Assembly: GCA_963751275.1 (NCBI GenBank)
Contig: CAVVTZ010000007.1
Coordinates: forward strand, 704,001-768,000
DNA length: 64,000 bases
Source of the DNA: an uncultured Gemmatimonadaceae bacterium
GTDB lineage: Bacteria; Gemmatimonadota; Gemmatimonadetes; Gemmatimonadales; Gemmatimonadaceae
Reading direction: 5' to 3'
Numbering within the stretch: position 1 is the stretch's first letter; every line of letters starts with the position of its first letter. Positions 19,873 through 29,734 of the stretch are shown here, one piece after another. Under the pieces are notes generated by a model. That model was not told where the DNA came from, made no database searches, and saw nothing but the letters and a program-made list of their open reading frames with translations. The translations under genes were made by a program, and so were the position numbers.

Positions 19873-20465
19873 GCGGCGCGCGCGTCATCCTCGCGTCGGC
19901 GTCGCCACGGCGGCGCGATCTGCTCGACATGGTCGGCATCGCACACGAGGTGGTGCCCGCAGACATCGATGAGACCTATCTCTCCGGCGAGGATCCGCCG
20001 GCGCACGCCGAGCGCCTCGCGCGCGAGAAGTGCGCCGTGCTCGCCAAGCGCGAACCGGATGCGGTCATTATCGCCGCCGACACGATCGTCGTCGTGGATG
20101 GCGACGTGCTCGGCAAGCCCGCCGACGCCTCGGACGCCGCGCGCATGCTGCGCCGCCTCGCGAGCCGCCCGCACACGGTGTTCACCGCGGTCGCCGTCGC
20201 GCGCGGCGGGCGCATGGAGAGCGGCGTCGAGGAGGTCCGCGTCACCTTCCGCGCGCTCGATCACGTCACGATCGAGCGCTACATCGCCACCGGCGAGCCG
20301 ATGGACAAGGCCGGCGCCTACGGCATCCAGGGCTTCGGCGCCGCGCTCGTCGAGCGCATCGATGGCGACTACTTCGCCGTGATGGGCCTCGCGATCGGCC
20401 GGATGCTCGAACTCCTCCGCCGCCTCCGCGTGCGCTACGACTTCACCGGACTCTCGGCCGAGTAG
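19869..20465 (+). CDS. maf: Maf family nucleotide pyrophosphatase
   Basis: ILASASPRR, AADTIV, LGKP and DKAGAYGIQG; GTGA overlap with dtd. Confidence 0.92.
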   Translation: MSGARVILASASPRRRDLLDMVGIAHEVVPADIDETYLSGEDPPAHAERLAREKCAVLAKREPDAVIIAADTIVVVDGDVLGKPADASDAARMLRRLASRPHTVFTAVAVARGGRMESGVEEVRVTFRALDHVTIERYIATGEPMDKAGAYGIQGFGAALVERIDGDYFAVMGLAIGRMLELLRRLRVRYDFTGLSAE

Positions 20466-20477
20466 TGCGTAGGGAAT

Positions 20478-20565
20478 ATCATGTCCATCATGTTCATCAT
20501 GTCGAAAGCATTTGTCGCGGGTGTAACAGCACTGCTTTGGACATGATGAACATGATGGACATGAT
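20478..20565. repeat. Inverted repeat built from 9-bp CATGT(C/T)CAT units
   Basis: 33-bp arms 20478-20510 and 20533-20565 with one mismatch. Confidence 0.85.
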
Positions 20566-20624
20566 TGTCGTGCCTGTACCGGTCACGACGGTCTTCCCGG
20601 CCTCTCGAGGGAGTGGATCGTAGG

Positions 20625-20841
20625 AACGGCAGCTGCTTGCACGCGGATCACGCGGAATTCGCGGAGTACGCGGAGTACGCGGAGGGCCCAACGCGCGACG
20701 AGAGTGCGGCGCACTCCCTCAAGTCCGTGTTTTTGTGGTTAACAACAAGAACACAGCGCCGACCTGGAGCGCGGAGCCGATCCGCCTCGTGGAGCGAACC
20801 GCGTATTCCGCGTGATCCGCGGATTCCGCGGGCAAGCCGTT
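20625..20841. repeat. Family 1 element: 9-bp CGCGGA-type tandem arms with central TTGTGGTTAACAACAA
   Basis: Left acgcggatc/acgcggaat/tcgcggagt/acgcggagt; centre 20727-20754; right ccgcgtatt/ccgcgtgat/ccgcggatt/ccgcg; lies between convergent maf and GT9. Confidence 0.88.
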
Positions 20842-20857
20842 GCGGTCGTAGTTCTCG

Positions 20858-21907
20858 CTACGACTTCGAGTAGGTCGTTCGCCAGCGCTCGACGCGGTCG
20901 AGCACATCGCGCACGGTGATGCGCTGCATGCGGTCGAGGCGATTCTCCATGCTCACCGGATAGTCCTCGCCGGGATCGCCGTACGCGTCCACCATGAGAT
21001 CGCGGAACTTGCGATAGGGCCCCACGCGCTTCGGGTTGCTGTAGCCGATGAGGCTCACCACCGGCCGGTCGAGCGCGACGGTCATGTGGAGCGGCCCGGT
21101 GTCGAGCGACACGACGAGCTTGGCCGCGTCGAGGATGCTCACGAGCCGTCGCAGGCCGCTCCCGAGCGCGGAGACCACCGGCCGCTTCACGCCTGCGGCG
21201 ATCGCCGCGGCGGTCGTCAACTCGCGCGGCGACTGGCCGCCCACGAGCACCGGCTGCAGGCCGAAATCGGCGTTGAGCGCATCGGCCAGCTCGGTCCACC
21301 GCTCCGGCAGCCAGTCCTTCTGCGGCTTGCTGCTGCCGATCACGAGCGGCACGATCGGACGGTCGAACTGCGCCATGAATTCCTTCTGCCAGGCGCGCTC
21401 GTCGGGCCAGGGGCCGAGTCCCCACACCACCGGCTCGGCCGGCACGCCGAGCGCCGTGAGGAACTCGAAGTACTGGTCCTGCACGTGCTGCATCGCGTGG
21501 GGCGCGATCTTGCGGTTGGTGAACAGCCAGTTGACGTCGTACGCCCGCGCGCGGTCGAAGCCGAGCTTCACCGTGGAGGGCGCAAGCGCGGTGAGCACGC
21601 CGGCCTTGAGATACACCTGGAGATCGAGCAGCACATCGAAGGGTTCTGCGATCGCGTTGCGCACATCCAGGAAGGCGCGCCAGCCGCGCTGCCGGTCGAA
21701 GACGATGATCTCATCCACCGCGGGATGCCCGCGCACGAGCATCGCGGGCCCGGGCTGCATCACCCAGGTGATGTGCGCCGCGGGATCGTAGCGCTTGAGG
21801 GCCGTCACCACGGAGAGCGCGTGGACGGCGTCGCCCACCGCGCTCAGCATGATGATGCCGACGCGGCCCAGCGTTCTGCGGGGCGAGGGAGTATTGATGG
21901 CAGTCAC
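20858..21907 (-). CDS. Glycosyltransferase family 9 (LPS heptosyltransferase-like)
   Basis: [16 protein letters not shown] and DTGPLHM motifs. Confidence 0.9.
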   Translation of the reverse strand: MTAINTPSPRRTLGRVGIIMLSAVGDAVHALSVVTALKRYDPAAHITWVMQPGPAMLVRGHPAVDEIIVFDRQRGWRAFLDVRNAIAEPFDVLLDLQVYLKAGVLTALAPSTVKLGFDRARAYDVNWLFTNRKIAPHAMQHVQDQYFEFLTALGVPAEPVVWGLGPWPDERAWQKEFMAQFDRPIVPLVIGSSKPQKDWLPERWTELADALNADFGLQPVLVGGQSPRELTTAAAIAAGVKRPVVSALGSGLRRLVSILDAAKLVVSLDTGPLHMTVALDRPVVSLIGYSNPKRVGPYRKFRDLMVDAYGDPGEDYPVSMENRLDRMQRITVRDVLDRVERWRTTYSKS

Positions 21908-21980
21908 GGTCGCGGGAAATGTAGCGGCGCGGGGCGCGGCGCGGCTATCTTATGCGCTGGTCCACTACCGGAGCAGGGGA

Positions 21981-22193
21981 ATGAACGAGTCGATCGGCGC
22001 CCTCATCGCGCGCCTCGCGGAGACGAACGTCGAACTCTGGCACGAGGAGGACAAGGCGCGCGTGCCCGATGACCACCAGGTGGCCGCCGCGAAGCGCGCG
22101 GTGGACAAGCTCAACCAGCGTCGCAACGACCTCATCGAGCGCATCGATGCCGAGGTCATGCGCGCGGCGCGCGGCGAGAAGTCCGGTGGCTGA
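21981..22193 (+). CDS. DUF4254-like protein, N-terminal half
   Basis: [27 protein letters not shown]...[28 protein letters not shown]. Confidence 0.7.
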   Translation: MNESIGALIARLAETNVELWHEEDKARVPDDHQVAAAKRAVDKLNQRRNDLIERIDAEVMRAARGEKSGG

Positions 22194-22470
22194 GACCGTC
22201 GGCTGGCTCGCCGACAAGATCAGCATCATGGAACTCAAGATCTGGCACATGCGCGAGCAGTCGGAGCGCGAGGATGCCACGGTGGAGTTCCGCACGCAGT
22301 GCACCGAGCGGCTCGCGGTGCTGCGCCTGCAGCGCGACGATCTCGCGGCCGAGCTCACGGCGCTGCTCGCCGACATCGCCGCGGGGCGCGTGACGCCGAA
22401 GGTCTATCGCCAGTTCAAGATGTACAACGACCCGCGTTATCGTCCGGCGGGACCGGCGCCTTCGCGGTAA
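22186..22470 (+). CDS. DUF4254-like protein, C-terminal half
   Basis: GTG start overlapping the previous stop (GTGGCTGA); [20 protein letters not shown]...[12 protein letters not shown]. Confidence 0.72.
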   Translation: MAETVGWLADKISIMELKIWHMREQSEREDATVEFRTQCTERLAVLRLQRDDLAAELTALLADIAAGRVTPKVYRQFKMYNDPRYRPAGPAPSR

Positions 22471-23488
22471 CGCTTCGCCCAGATCTCCACGCGGTCGAGC
22501 ACGTCGCGCACGGTGATGCGCGGCATGCGGTTTAGGCGGTGCGCGATGGTGATCGGATAGTCCTCGCCGGGATCGCCGTACGCGTCCACCAGCAGATCGT
22601 GGAATTTCCGGTACGGCCCCACGCGCTTCGGATTGTTGTAGCCCATGAGCGAGATCACCGGTCGGTCGAGCGCGACGGCCATGTGCAGCGGCCCCGTGTC
22701 GAGCGACACGACGAGCGCCGACCCGTGCAGCAGGCCAACAAGTTCACGAAGCGGCACGCCGAGGGTCGAGCGCGGCGCTTTGCCGAGCCGCTCCGTCATG
22801 ATGCGCTCGGTCTCCAATTCCCGCGGGCTCCGTCCGCCGGCGAGCACGACCTCCAGCCCGTAGTCGCGGTCGAGCACCGCGGCGAGCTCCACCCAGCGTT
22901 CCGGAATCCATTCCTTTTGCGGGATGACTCGCGCCGATCACGAGTGAGGCGACGGGCCGCCCGATCGGCGTGAAGAACTCGCGCTGCGCGACGCGCTCGG
23001 TGGGGAAGGGGCCCAGCCCCCACTCCGGTGGCTCGTATGGGATCTCGAGTGCGGTGAGGAACTCGAAGTACTGGTCCTGCACGTGCTGCGGCGCGTGCGG
23101 CGGGATGCGGCGATTCGTGAACAGCCAATTCAGGTCGCGCGCCCGCGCGCGGTCGAAGCCCAGCTTCATGGGCGAGCGCAGCATCATCGTGACGAGCCCC
23201 GCCTTGATGTACACCTGGAGCGCGAGCACGAGATCGAACGGCTGCCCCGCGACGTCCCGCCGCACATCGAGCAGCGCGCGCCATCCGCGTGACTTCTGGA
23301 AGACGATGATGTCGTCGATGCGCGGATGACCGCGCATGAGCGACGCCGGCCCGGGCTGGAGGAACCACGTGATGTGAGCAGCCCGGATCGTGCCGCTTGA
23401 GCGCGTTGATCACCGGCAGCACGTGCACGGCGTCGCCCAGCGCGCTCATCATGACGATCGCGATCCGGCGGCGCGGTGAATTCCTCAC
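22437..23488 (-). CDS. Second GT9 heptosyltransferase-like paralog (two frameshifts)
   Basis: [24 protein letters not shown] and DTGPLHM across three frames; GTG start overlaps the kinase stop. Confidence 0.85.
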
Positions 23489-24207
23489 GGCATCGCGCCG
23501 ATCACGTTGAATCCGTCGCCGATCGCGTCGCGGTGCTTCTTCACCGAGCGGCTGAACCGGCTCCAGTTGGCGGCGATCAACTGCGGCGACCCCGGCTGGT
23601 CGAACCAGACGCGGTCCACGTCGAGCACGTAGGCATCGAAGCCGTTCGCCGCATCGGCGAGCAGGATGTTCTTGACGTTGAGATCCGGATGGCGCGCGCC
23701 CGCCTCGGTGAGCTGCTGGAAGAGCCGTGCGACCGCGGCCGCGGCCGCCTTCTTCGCGGCGGGCGTGGCGCCGGTGAGCGCGGCCAGGAGGTCGCGTGAG
23801 CGTGGCACCTCGCGCGTCACCACATCGGCGCGCCGGCGCCATGCGTCGGCCGGGTACGTCGCGTACGCCACAACTTCGGGCGTCGGCACGCCGCGGCGCT
23901 GCAGCGTGAGCGAGATCTCGAGTTCCTTCGGCGCGCGCGTGGCACCGAAGAATTTGTCGCCCGTGAGCGCCGCGAGCATGCCACCATGCCGGGAGCGGCG
24001 GATCACCACATCGGCCGCGCCCTCCGGCAGCGGCACCGCGTACGCCACGCCGCGCCCGGTGAACGTGCGCGCCTGCGGGTGATGCTCCGCGTAGCCGTAG
24101 AACGATCCGCCCGCGATCGCCGAACGCAGCGGCGCTTCGAGCGACGCGAGCAGGGCGCCTTCCGCCCCGTGATCCGAGTACGCGACGTAGCCCGGCGGAA
24201 CGGTCAC
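23485..24207 (-). CDS. Kdo/WaaP-family lipopolysaccharide kinase-like protein
   Basis: GRGVAY loop, RRSRHGGML, GVPTPEVV, HPDLNVKNIL catalytic loop, VLDVDR; GTG start overlaps the cyclase stop. Confidence 0.8.
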   Translation of the reverse strand: MTVPPGYVAYSDHGAEGALLASLEAPLRSAIAGGSFYGYAEHHPQARTFTGRGVAYAVPLPEGAADVVIRRSRHGGMLAALTGDKFFGATRAPKELEISLTLQRRGVPTPEVVAYATYPADAWRRRADVVTREVPRSRDLLAALTGATPAAKKAAAAAVARLFQQLTEAGARHPDLNVKNILLADAANGFDAYVLDVDRVWFDQPGSPQLIAANWSRFSRSVKKHRDAIGDGFNVIGAMP

Positions 24208-25826
24208 GGCACGATGCTGAACACCGGCATCGGCTTCTTCCTTCCCTTCAGCTCCATCGATCCCTTCTCGGTCATCTCGGGCGGCTTCGACAGCGCCTCC
24301 CTCACCGATTCCGTGAGCAGGATCTCGCCCCCTTCCGCGCGCGCACACAGCCGGCTCGCGATGTTCACGGCGTCGCCGATCACGGTGTATTCGAGACGAC
24401 GCTCGGAGCCAATGTAGCCCGCGAAGCTCTCCCCGTAATTGAGCCCGATCCCGATCTGCATCTCCGGCCGACCCGCCGCCTTCCACTTCACGTTCAGGAT
24501 CTTCAGCTCTTCGAGCATGTCGATCGCCGCCGCCATCGCGCGGTCGGCGTCGTCCTTCTCCCCGATCGGCGCGCCCCACTGCGCCATCACGGCGTCGCCG
24601 ATGAACTTGTCCAGCGTGCCGCCATGACGGAACACGATCTCCACCATCACGGTGAAGTATTCGCTGAGCAGGTTCGCCACGTCGTCGGGATTCATCGTCT
24701 CCGAGAGCGACGTGAAGCCGCGGATGTCGCTGAACAGAATGGCGATCGTGCGCTTCTCGCCGCCCAGCTTCACCTGCTCGCCCGCCCCCGCGATCCGCGC
24801 CGCCAGCGTCGGCGCGAAGAAGCGCTCGAAGTTGCTCCGCACGATGGTCTCGCGCCGGATCCGTTCGGCGAATCGGCTGTTCTCCAGCGCCACCGCGGCA
24901 ATGTTCGAGAACGCGATGAGGAAGTCGAGGTCCTCGTCGCCGAACTTCTGGATCGCGGTCACGTTGTCCACGTAGAGCACGCCGAGCACCACATCGCCGC
25001 TGCCAATGAGCGGCGCGCACATCGCCGAGCGCACGCTCTGCATGACGATGCTCTGACCGCCGAATCGCTCATCCTCGGCGGCGTTGTCGGAGAGCACGGC
25101 CACCTTCTCGCCCGCCACCTTCCGCGCAATGGTCTGCGGGATCGCCTTGCCGCTCACGACGCCCTTCCGGTCGCGCGAGATCTTGGAGACGCGCTCGCCG
25201 TTCGCGTCCACGAGATCGATCGCGACGCGGTCCACGTCCATGATCTCGAACACGGTGCTCGTGATCCGGTCGAGCAGCGCCTCGGCGTCAGCGACGCGCG
25301 AGAGGCCCTTCGAGACCTCGAGCAAGAGCGCGAGCCGCTTGGCGGTGCGGTCCCCGGCGGAGGCCTGGGCCGAGTCGGCCTTCACTTCGGCGAGGCTCGT
25401 CGCGCGGAAGATCACCGAGAGCGGGCCCTCGGACTTCGCCACGTCGAGCTCGCGCAGGATCGTGGAACTCGGTCGCGCCGCGACGCCGGAGGCGCGCTGC
25501 GGCACCGCGGTGCTCGCGCGCGGCGGCGGCGCGGCCACCGGCTCGATGAAGGCGACGCGGAAGGAGACCTTGCCGAACATCACGATGTCGCCGTCGTTCA
25601 CGGCGCCCTCGGTGATCTGCGCGTTGTTGATGAAGGTGCCGTTGCTCGAGCCGAGGTCCTTCACCTGCACCGACGTCGCGCTCGCCGTGATCTCCGCGTG
25701 CCGGCGCGAGATGGTGGGATCGAAGACGGGAATATCGCTCGTCGAGGCGCGCCCGATCACGAGCGTCTGCCCCTCCCGCAATTCATACGCCTGCCCGCCG
25801 GCATCATTGATGATCTTGAACGGCAT
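24204..25826 (-). CDS. FHA-GAF-class III adenylate/guanylate cyclase
   Basis: FHA (IGR..ISRRHA..DLGSSNGTFIN), GAF (SAMCAPL..GVLYVDN), cyclase (LFSDIRGFT, DKFIGDAVMA, YTVIGDAVNIASRL). Confidence 0.92.
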   Translation of the reverse strand: MPFKIINDAGGQAYELREGQTLVIGRASTSDIPVFDPTISRRHAEITASATSVQVKDLGSSNGTFINNAQITEGAVNDGDIVMFGKVSFRVAFIEPVAAPPPRASTAVPQRASGVAARPSSTILRELDVAKSEGPLSVIFRATSLAEVKADSAQASAGDRTAKRLALLLEVSKGLSRVADAEALLDRITSTVFEIMDVDRVAIDLVDANGERVSKISRDRKGVVSGKAIPQTIARKVAGEKVAVLSDNAAEDERFGGQSIVMQSVRSAMCAPLIGSGDVVLGVLYVDNVTAIQKFGDEDLDFLIAFSNIAAVALENSRFAERIRRETIVRSNFERFFAPTLAARIAGAGEQVKLGGEKRTIAILFSDIRGFTSLSETMNPDDVANLLSEYFTVMVEIVFRHGGTLDKFIGDAVMAQWGAPIGEKDDADRAMAAAIDMLEELKILNVKWKAAGRPEMQIGIGLNYGESFAGYIGSERRLEYTVIGDAVNIASRLCARAEGGEILLTESVREALSKPPEMTEKGSMELKGRKKPMPVFSIVP

Positions 25827-25923
25827 GCGGCCAAATATGGTGCGAGCGCACAGGTCTGTCTAACGACGACCGCTAGCCATCGCGCAATTCGTGGGTTCCC
25901 GCGCGAGAATCAGGGGTACTACT

Positions 25924-26123
25924 ACTGCTTCCACGCGGATGACGCGGAATCCGCGGATTACGCGGAACGCTCCGAGCGCACTGAGGTCGCCGAGGACACG
26001 ATCACGTCTCTGTCGTTGTGGTTAACAACAACTACGCGGTACTGACTGGGCGTATGGAGCCAATCCGCCTCGCGGGGCGGTCCGCGCACTCCGCGGAATC
26101 CGCGCATTCCGCGTGGAAGCAGT
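25924..26123. repeat. Family 1 element with central GTTGTGGTTAACAACAAC
   Basis: Termini actgcttccacgcgga ... tccgcgtggaagcagt; 9-bp CGCGGA units in both arms; centre 26012-26035. Confidence 0.9.
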
Positions 26124-26131
26124 TGCGGTTT

Positions 26132-27616
26132 CTACACCCGCACCTGCGCGATGGCGGTGAGCATGGCGCGGGCCTTGCTCTCGGTCTCGGCCCATTCGCG
26201 CGAGGGGATGCTGTCGGCGACGATGCCGGCGCCGGCTTGCACGTGGGCTTTGCCGCCGGCGATGACGCACGTGCGGATCGTGATCGCGAGATCCATGCGG
26301 CGGTCGCCCGCCGCGATGTAGCCCACCGCGCCGGCGTAGGGGCCGCGCCGCTCGGGCTCGAGCGAGTCGATGATCTCCATCGCGCGCACTTTCGGCGCGC
26401 CCGTCATCGTACCCGCGGGGAAGGTCGCCCGGAAGGCGTCCATCGCGCTGGCGTTCTCGGGCAGTTCGCCCTCCACTTGGCTCACGAGATGCAGCACGTG
26501 ACTGTAGCGTTCCACCGCGAACAGTTCCGTGGCGCGCACCGTTCCGTATTTCGCCACGCGCCCTACGTCGTTCCGGCCGAGGTCCACGAGCATCGCGTGC
26601 TCGGCGCGCTCCTTCTCGTCGGCGAGCAATTCCGCGGAGAGGCGCGCATCGTCGGCGGCGGTGGATCCGCGGGGCCGCGTGCCGGCGATCGGGCGCACCG
26701 TCACCTTGCCGTCGGCCACGCGCACCAGCAGTTCCGGCGAGCTGCCCACGAGCTCGAGTCCGTCGAGCACCAGGTGGTACATGTACGGGCTGGGGTTCAG
26801 AACCCGCAACGCGCGATAGAGCGAGGACGGGTCGAAATCGAGCGGCACCTCAATGCGGCGCGCGAGCAGCGCCTGGAAGCAGTCGCCCGCCATGATGTGC
26901 TCGCGGATCGTCTCCACGCCGCGCTCGAACGCCGCCTGGGCGATGCTCGACGTTCCCTTCGCCGGCGCGACCAATGGATCGAACGCGAGCGGCGCCAGCG
27001 ACACCGGCGCGCGCAGCCGCGCGATCAGTTCCGCGATCTCCTCTTCCGCGGCGGCGTGCAACTTCTGCAGCGCGGCGCGGTCCGTGCCCGGCGCGACCGG
27101 CACGCCCACCACGACGCGCGCCTGCGAGCGGAGATTGTCGATGATCACCACCGCACGCGTGAACACGAACAACGCGTCGGGCGCATCGATCGCGCGCGGC
27201 GGCGCGTGCGGCAGCTTCTCGATGAGCCGCGCCACATCGTAACCGAAGAAACCGACCGCTCCGCCCCAGAACGCGCCGAGCTCCGGTACGTCGGCGGGTT
27301 CGTACTGCGTGATGAGCGCGCGCAGGTCCGCGAGCGGATCCGCGGCCTTCCGCGCGCCGTGCCAGCCTTTCGCGGGCGTCCAATCCTCCACGCTGTCGTC
27401 GCGCAGCCGCCACGCCGCGCGCGGCTCCGTGCCGAGGAACGTGTAGCGCGCCCACGTCTCGCCGCCGGCGGGCGCGCTCTCGAGCAAGAAAGCAAAAGGC
27501 GGGCGCCGCAGTTTCGCGAACGCCGACACCGGCGTGTCCGTGTCGAGCAGACAGTCGCGCCACACCGGCACGAGCCCGCCGCGCGCCGCGTGCGCGAGGA
27601 AGCGATCGAGCGTCAT
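26132..27616 (-). CDS. trpE: Anthranilate synthase component I
   Basis: DTDTPVSAF, FLLESA, NPSPYMY, PIAGTRPRG, EHAMLVDLGRND, GAPKVRAM and QAGAGIVADS. Confidence 0.9.
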   Translation of the reverse strand: MTLDRFLAHAARGGLVPVWRDCLLDTDTPVSAFAKLRRPPFAFLLESAPAGGETWARYTFLGTEPRAAWRLRDDSVEDWTPAKGWHGARKAADPLADLRALITQYEPADVPELGAFWGGAVGFFGYDVARLIEKLPHAPPRAIDAPDALFVFTRAVVIIDNLRSQARVVVGVPVAPGTDRAALQKLHAAAEEEIAELIARLRAPVSLAPLAFDPLVAPAKGTSSIAQAAFERGVETIREHIMAGDCFQALLARRIEVPLDFDPSSLYRALRVLNPSPYMYHLVLDGLELVGSSPELLVRVADGKVTVRPIAGTRPRGSTAADDARLSAELLADEKERAEHAMLVDLGRNDVGRVAKYGTVRATELFAVERYSHVLHLVSQVEGELPENASAMDAFRATFPAGTMTGAPKVRAMEIIDSLEPERRGPYAGAVGYIAAGDRRMDLAITIRTCVIAGGKAHVQAGAGIVADSIPSREWAETESKARAMLTAIAQVRV

Positions 27617-27658
27617 CGCGCTTGCCGCGCCCGTGGCGCGCCGCGACATTCCACTTTC

Positions 27659-29734
27659 ATGAGAGGTTTCGCCGCATTCGCCATGGTGATGATCCTGTTG
27701 CCGGCGGCCACTCCGCCGGGAGCGGCGGCGCAGACCTGGAACGACCCGCGCACCAGCGCCCTCGTGCGGCGCGCCACCGAGCGGCGCACCGAGCAGATCT
27801 CCGACACCGCGCTCGCCGCCTACAACGCGACGGCCAACGGTTACCTCACCTTCCTCGCGCAGGCCGGCGCGGGCTTCCGGCTGCCGCCCAAGATCCTGCG
27901 CACCGACCAGCTCGCGCTCCAAGTGTACTGGCGCGCGCCCGATCTGAGCAAGCAGGTGATCGTCGGACGGCGCGATACGCTCCTCCTGCCCACCGACATC
28001 GACTACCATCGCGACCACCTCGGCATCGTCCAGAACAATTTCAAGAACGTGATCCGCCTGGGCGAGGGCGATGAGGTGAAGGACGTGCCGCACCCGCTCT
28101 CGCCCGACGGACTGAACCAGTACGACTTCGCGATCACCGACTCGCTTCGCATCGGGCTCCCCAACCATCCGATCTACGTCTACGAAGTGAGCGTGCGCCC
28201 GCGCGACGCCTCGCTCGCACGCGTGGTGGGCGCCGTCTACCTCGACACCGCGACCGCCGAGGTCGTGCGCATGACGTTCAGCTTCACGCGCGCGGCCTAT
28301 CTCGACGCGCAGCTCGAGGACATCTCGATCGTGCTCGAGAACGCGCTCGTCGCGCAGCGCTTCTGGCTGCCGTACCACCAGGAGATCGAGATCCGCCGCA
28401 GCGGCACCTGGCTCGATTTCCCCGTGCGCGGGATCATCCGGGCGCGCTGGGAGATCGGCGACTACCACATCAACGTCGCGCCGCCGGCGGCGGCGTTCAC
28501 CGGGCCGGAGATCGTGGCGGCGCCCGCGGCCGTGCGCCGCGCGCACCAGTGGCAGGGCGGCATCCTCGATTCACTGCCGGAGGACGCGCGCGTCGCGACC
28601 GATGCCGATGTGCGCCGCGTGCAGGATCAGGCGCGCGCCATGGTCGTCGCGAGTGCGCTCGCGCCGCGCTCCGGCGCTTCGCTCTCCACCCCGCGGATCT
28701 CCGACTTCGCGCGCGTCAATCGCGTGGAAGGCCTCGCGCTCGGCGCCGGCGGCACGTGGCACGCGACGCCCGAGTTCGCCGTCGGGCTCCTCGCGCGGTA
28801 TGGCTTCGCCGACCAGGCGCTCAAGGCGCGGCTCAGCACGACCTATTCGTTCGAGTCGGGCCGGTCGATCGGCCTCTTCGCGGCGCGCGAATATCGCGAT
28901 GCCGGCAATGTCGCGGAGCGCTCGCTCCTGGTGAACAGCCTCAGCTCGCAGGAATACGGCAGCGATTTCACCGACACGTACGACGTGCGCGCGCTCGGGC
29001 TCCGCGCCGGGCTGGGCGCGTGGCACGAGGTGAACTTCACGCTCACCGGATCGTATGAGGAGCAGGGCGCGCTGAGCGTGCACGCCATCCCCTTCCGGGA
29101 CTCTTACGGGCCGACGATCCCCGCGTGGAAGGTCAACGAATGGCGCGTGGTGCTGGGGGTCGATCGCAGCTGGGTGCTGGGCCCGAGCAGCGATCTGCGT
29201 GTTTCGGGGAACATCACCGGCGGGTGGATCGATCTGCGCGACACGACGATCCCCGGTTCGCCCGTGCGCTTCGGCCGCGCCTTCGCGAACCTGGTGCTGT
29301 CGCAGGCCATCGGATCGCAGAGTCTCGAACTTCGCACGACTCTTGGTGGCGTTTCGCCGTCCGGCAGTCCCGTCCAGGAGCAGATCTTCCTCGGCGGCCC
29401 GATCACGGGTCCCGGCTATGCCTTCCACCAGTTCGCGGCGGCATTCGGCGCCAGCCAGCACGTCGAGTGGCGATTCCCGCTCCCGTTCTTCGCCGTGCCG
29501 CTCGGGGAATTCGGGCGCACGCCGGCGTCCTTCACCCTCGCGCCGTTCGCGCACGTGATCTACGTGGATCGCACGGCGAGCTTCGCGCCGCCCGCGGAAG
29601 GGTGGTATCCTTCGGTGGGCGTCGGCGCGAGCTTCTTCTTCGATCTGCTGCGCGTGGACGTCGCGCGCGGGCTTCGAGCCGGCGGTTGGACATTCAGCGT
29701 CGATCTGGCGCACGATCTGTGGAGCATCCTGTGA
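27659..29734 (+). CDS. Hypothetical exported/outer-membrane protein (DUF5686-like architecture)
   Basis: ATG at 27659 gives a signal peptide; RVNRVEGLALG motif and a beta-strand-rich C-terminus (LRVDVARG). The 26018-27658 extension in the ORF track is a trpE shadow. Confidence 0.65.
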   Translation: MRGFAAFAMVMILLPAATPPGAAAQTWNDPRTSALVRRATERRTEQISDTALAAYNATANGYLTFLAQAGAGFRLPPKILRTDQLALQVYWRAPDLSKQVIVGRRDTLLLPTDIDYHRDHLGIVQNNFKNVIRLGEGDEVKDVPHPLSPDGLNQYDFAITDSLRIGLPNHPIYVYEVSVRPRDASLARVVGAVYLDTATAEVVRMTFSFTRAAYLDAQLEDISIVLENALVAQRFWLPYHQEIEIRRSGTWLDFPVRGIIRARWEIGDYHINVAPPAAAFTGPEIVAAPAAVRRAHQWQGGILDSLPEDARVATDADVRRVQDQARAMVVASALAPRSGASLSTPRISDFARVNRVEGLALGAGGTWHATPEFAVGLLARYGFADQALKARLSTTYSFESGRSIGLFAAREYRDAGNVAERSLLVNSLSSQEYGSDFTDTYDVRALGLRAGLGAWHEVNFTLTGSYEEQGALSVHAIPFRDSYGPTIPAWKVNEWRVVLGVDRSWVLGPSSDLRVSGNITGGWIDLRDTTIPGSPVRFGRAFANLVLSQAIGSQSLELRTTLGGVSPSGSPVQEQIFLGGPITGPGYAFHQFAAAFGASQHVEWRFPLPFFAVPLGEFGRTPASFTLAPFAHVIYVDRTASFAPPAEGWYPSVGVGASFFFDLLRVDVARGLRAGGWTFSVDLAHDLWSIL

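Noticed and set aside
26018..27658. N-terminal extension of the 1238-aa ORF
   Set aside because: Starts inside a repeat element and lies antisense to trpE; a signal peptide appears only from the ATG at 27659.
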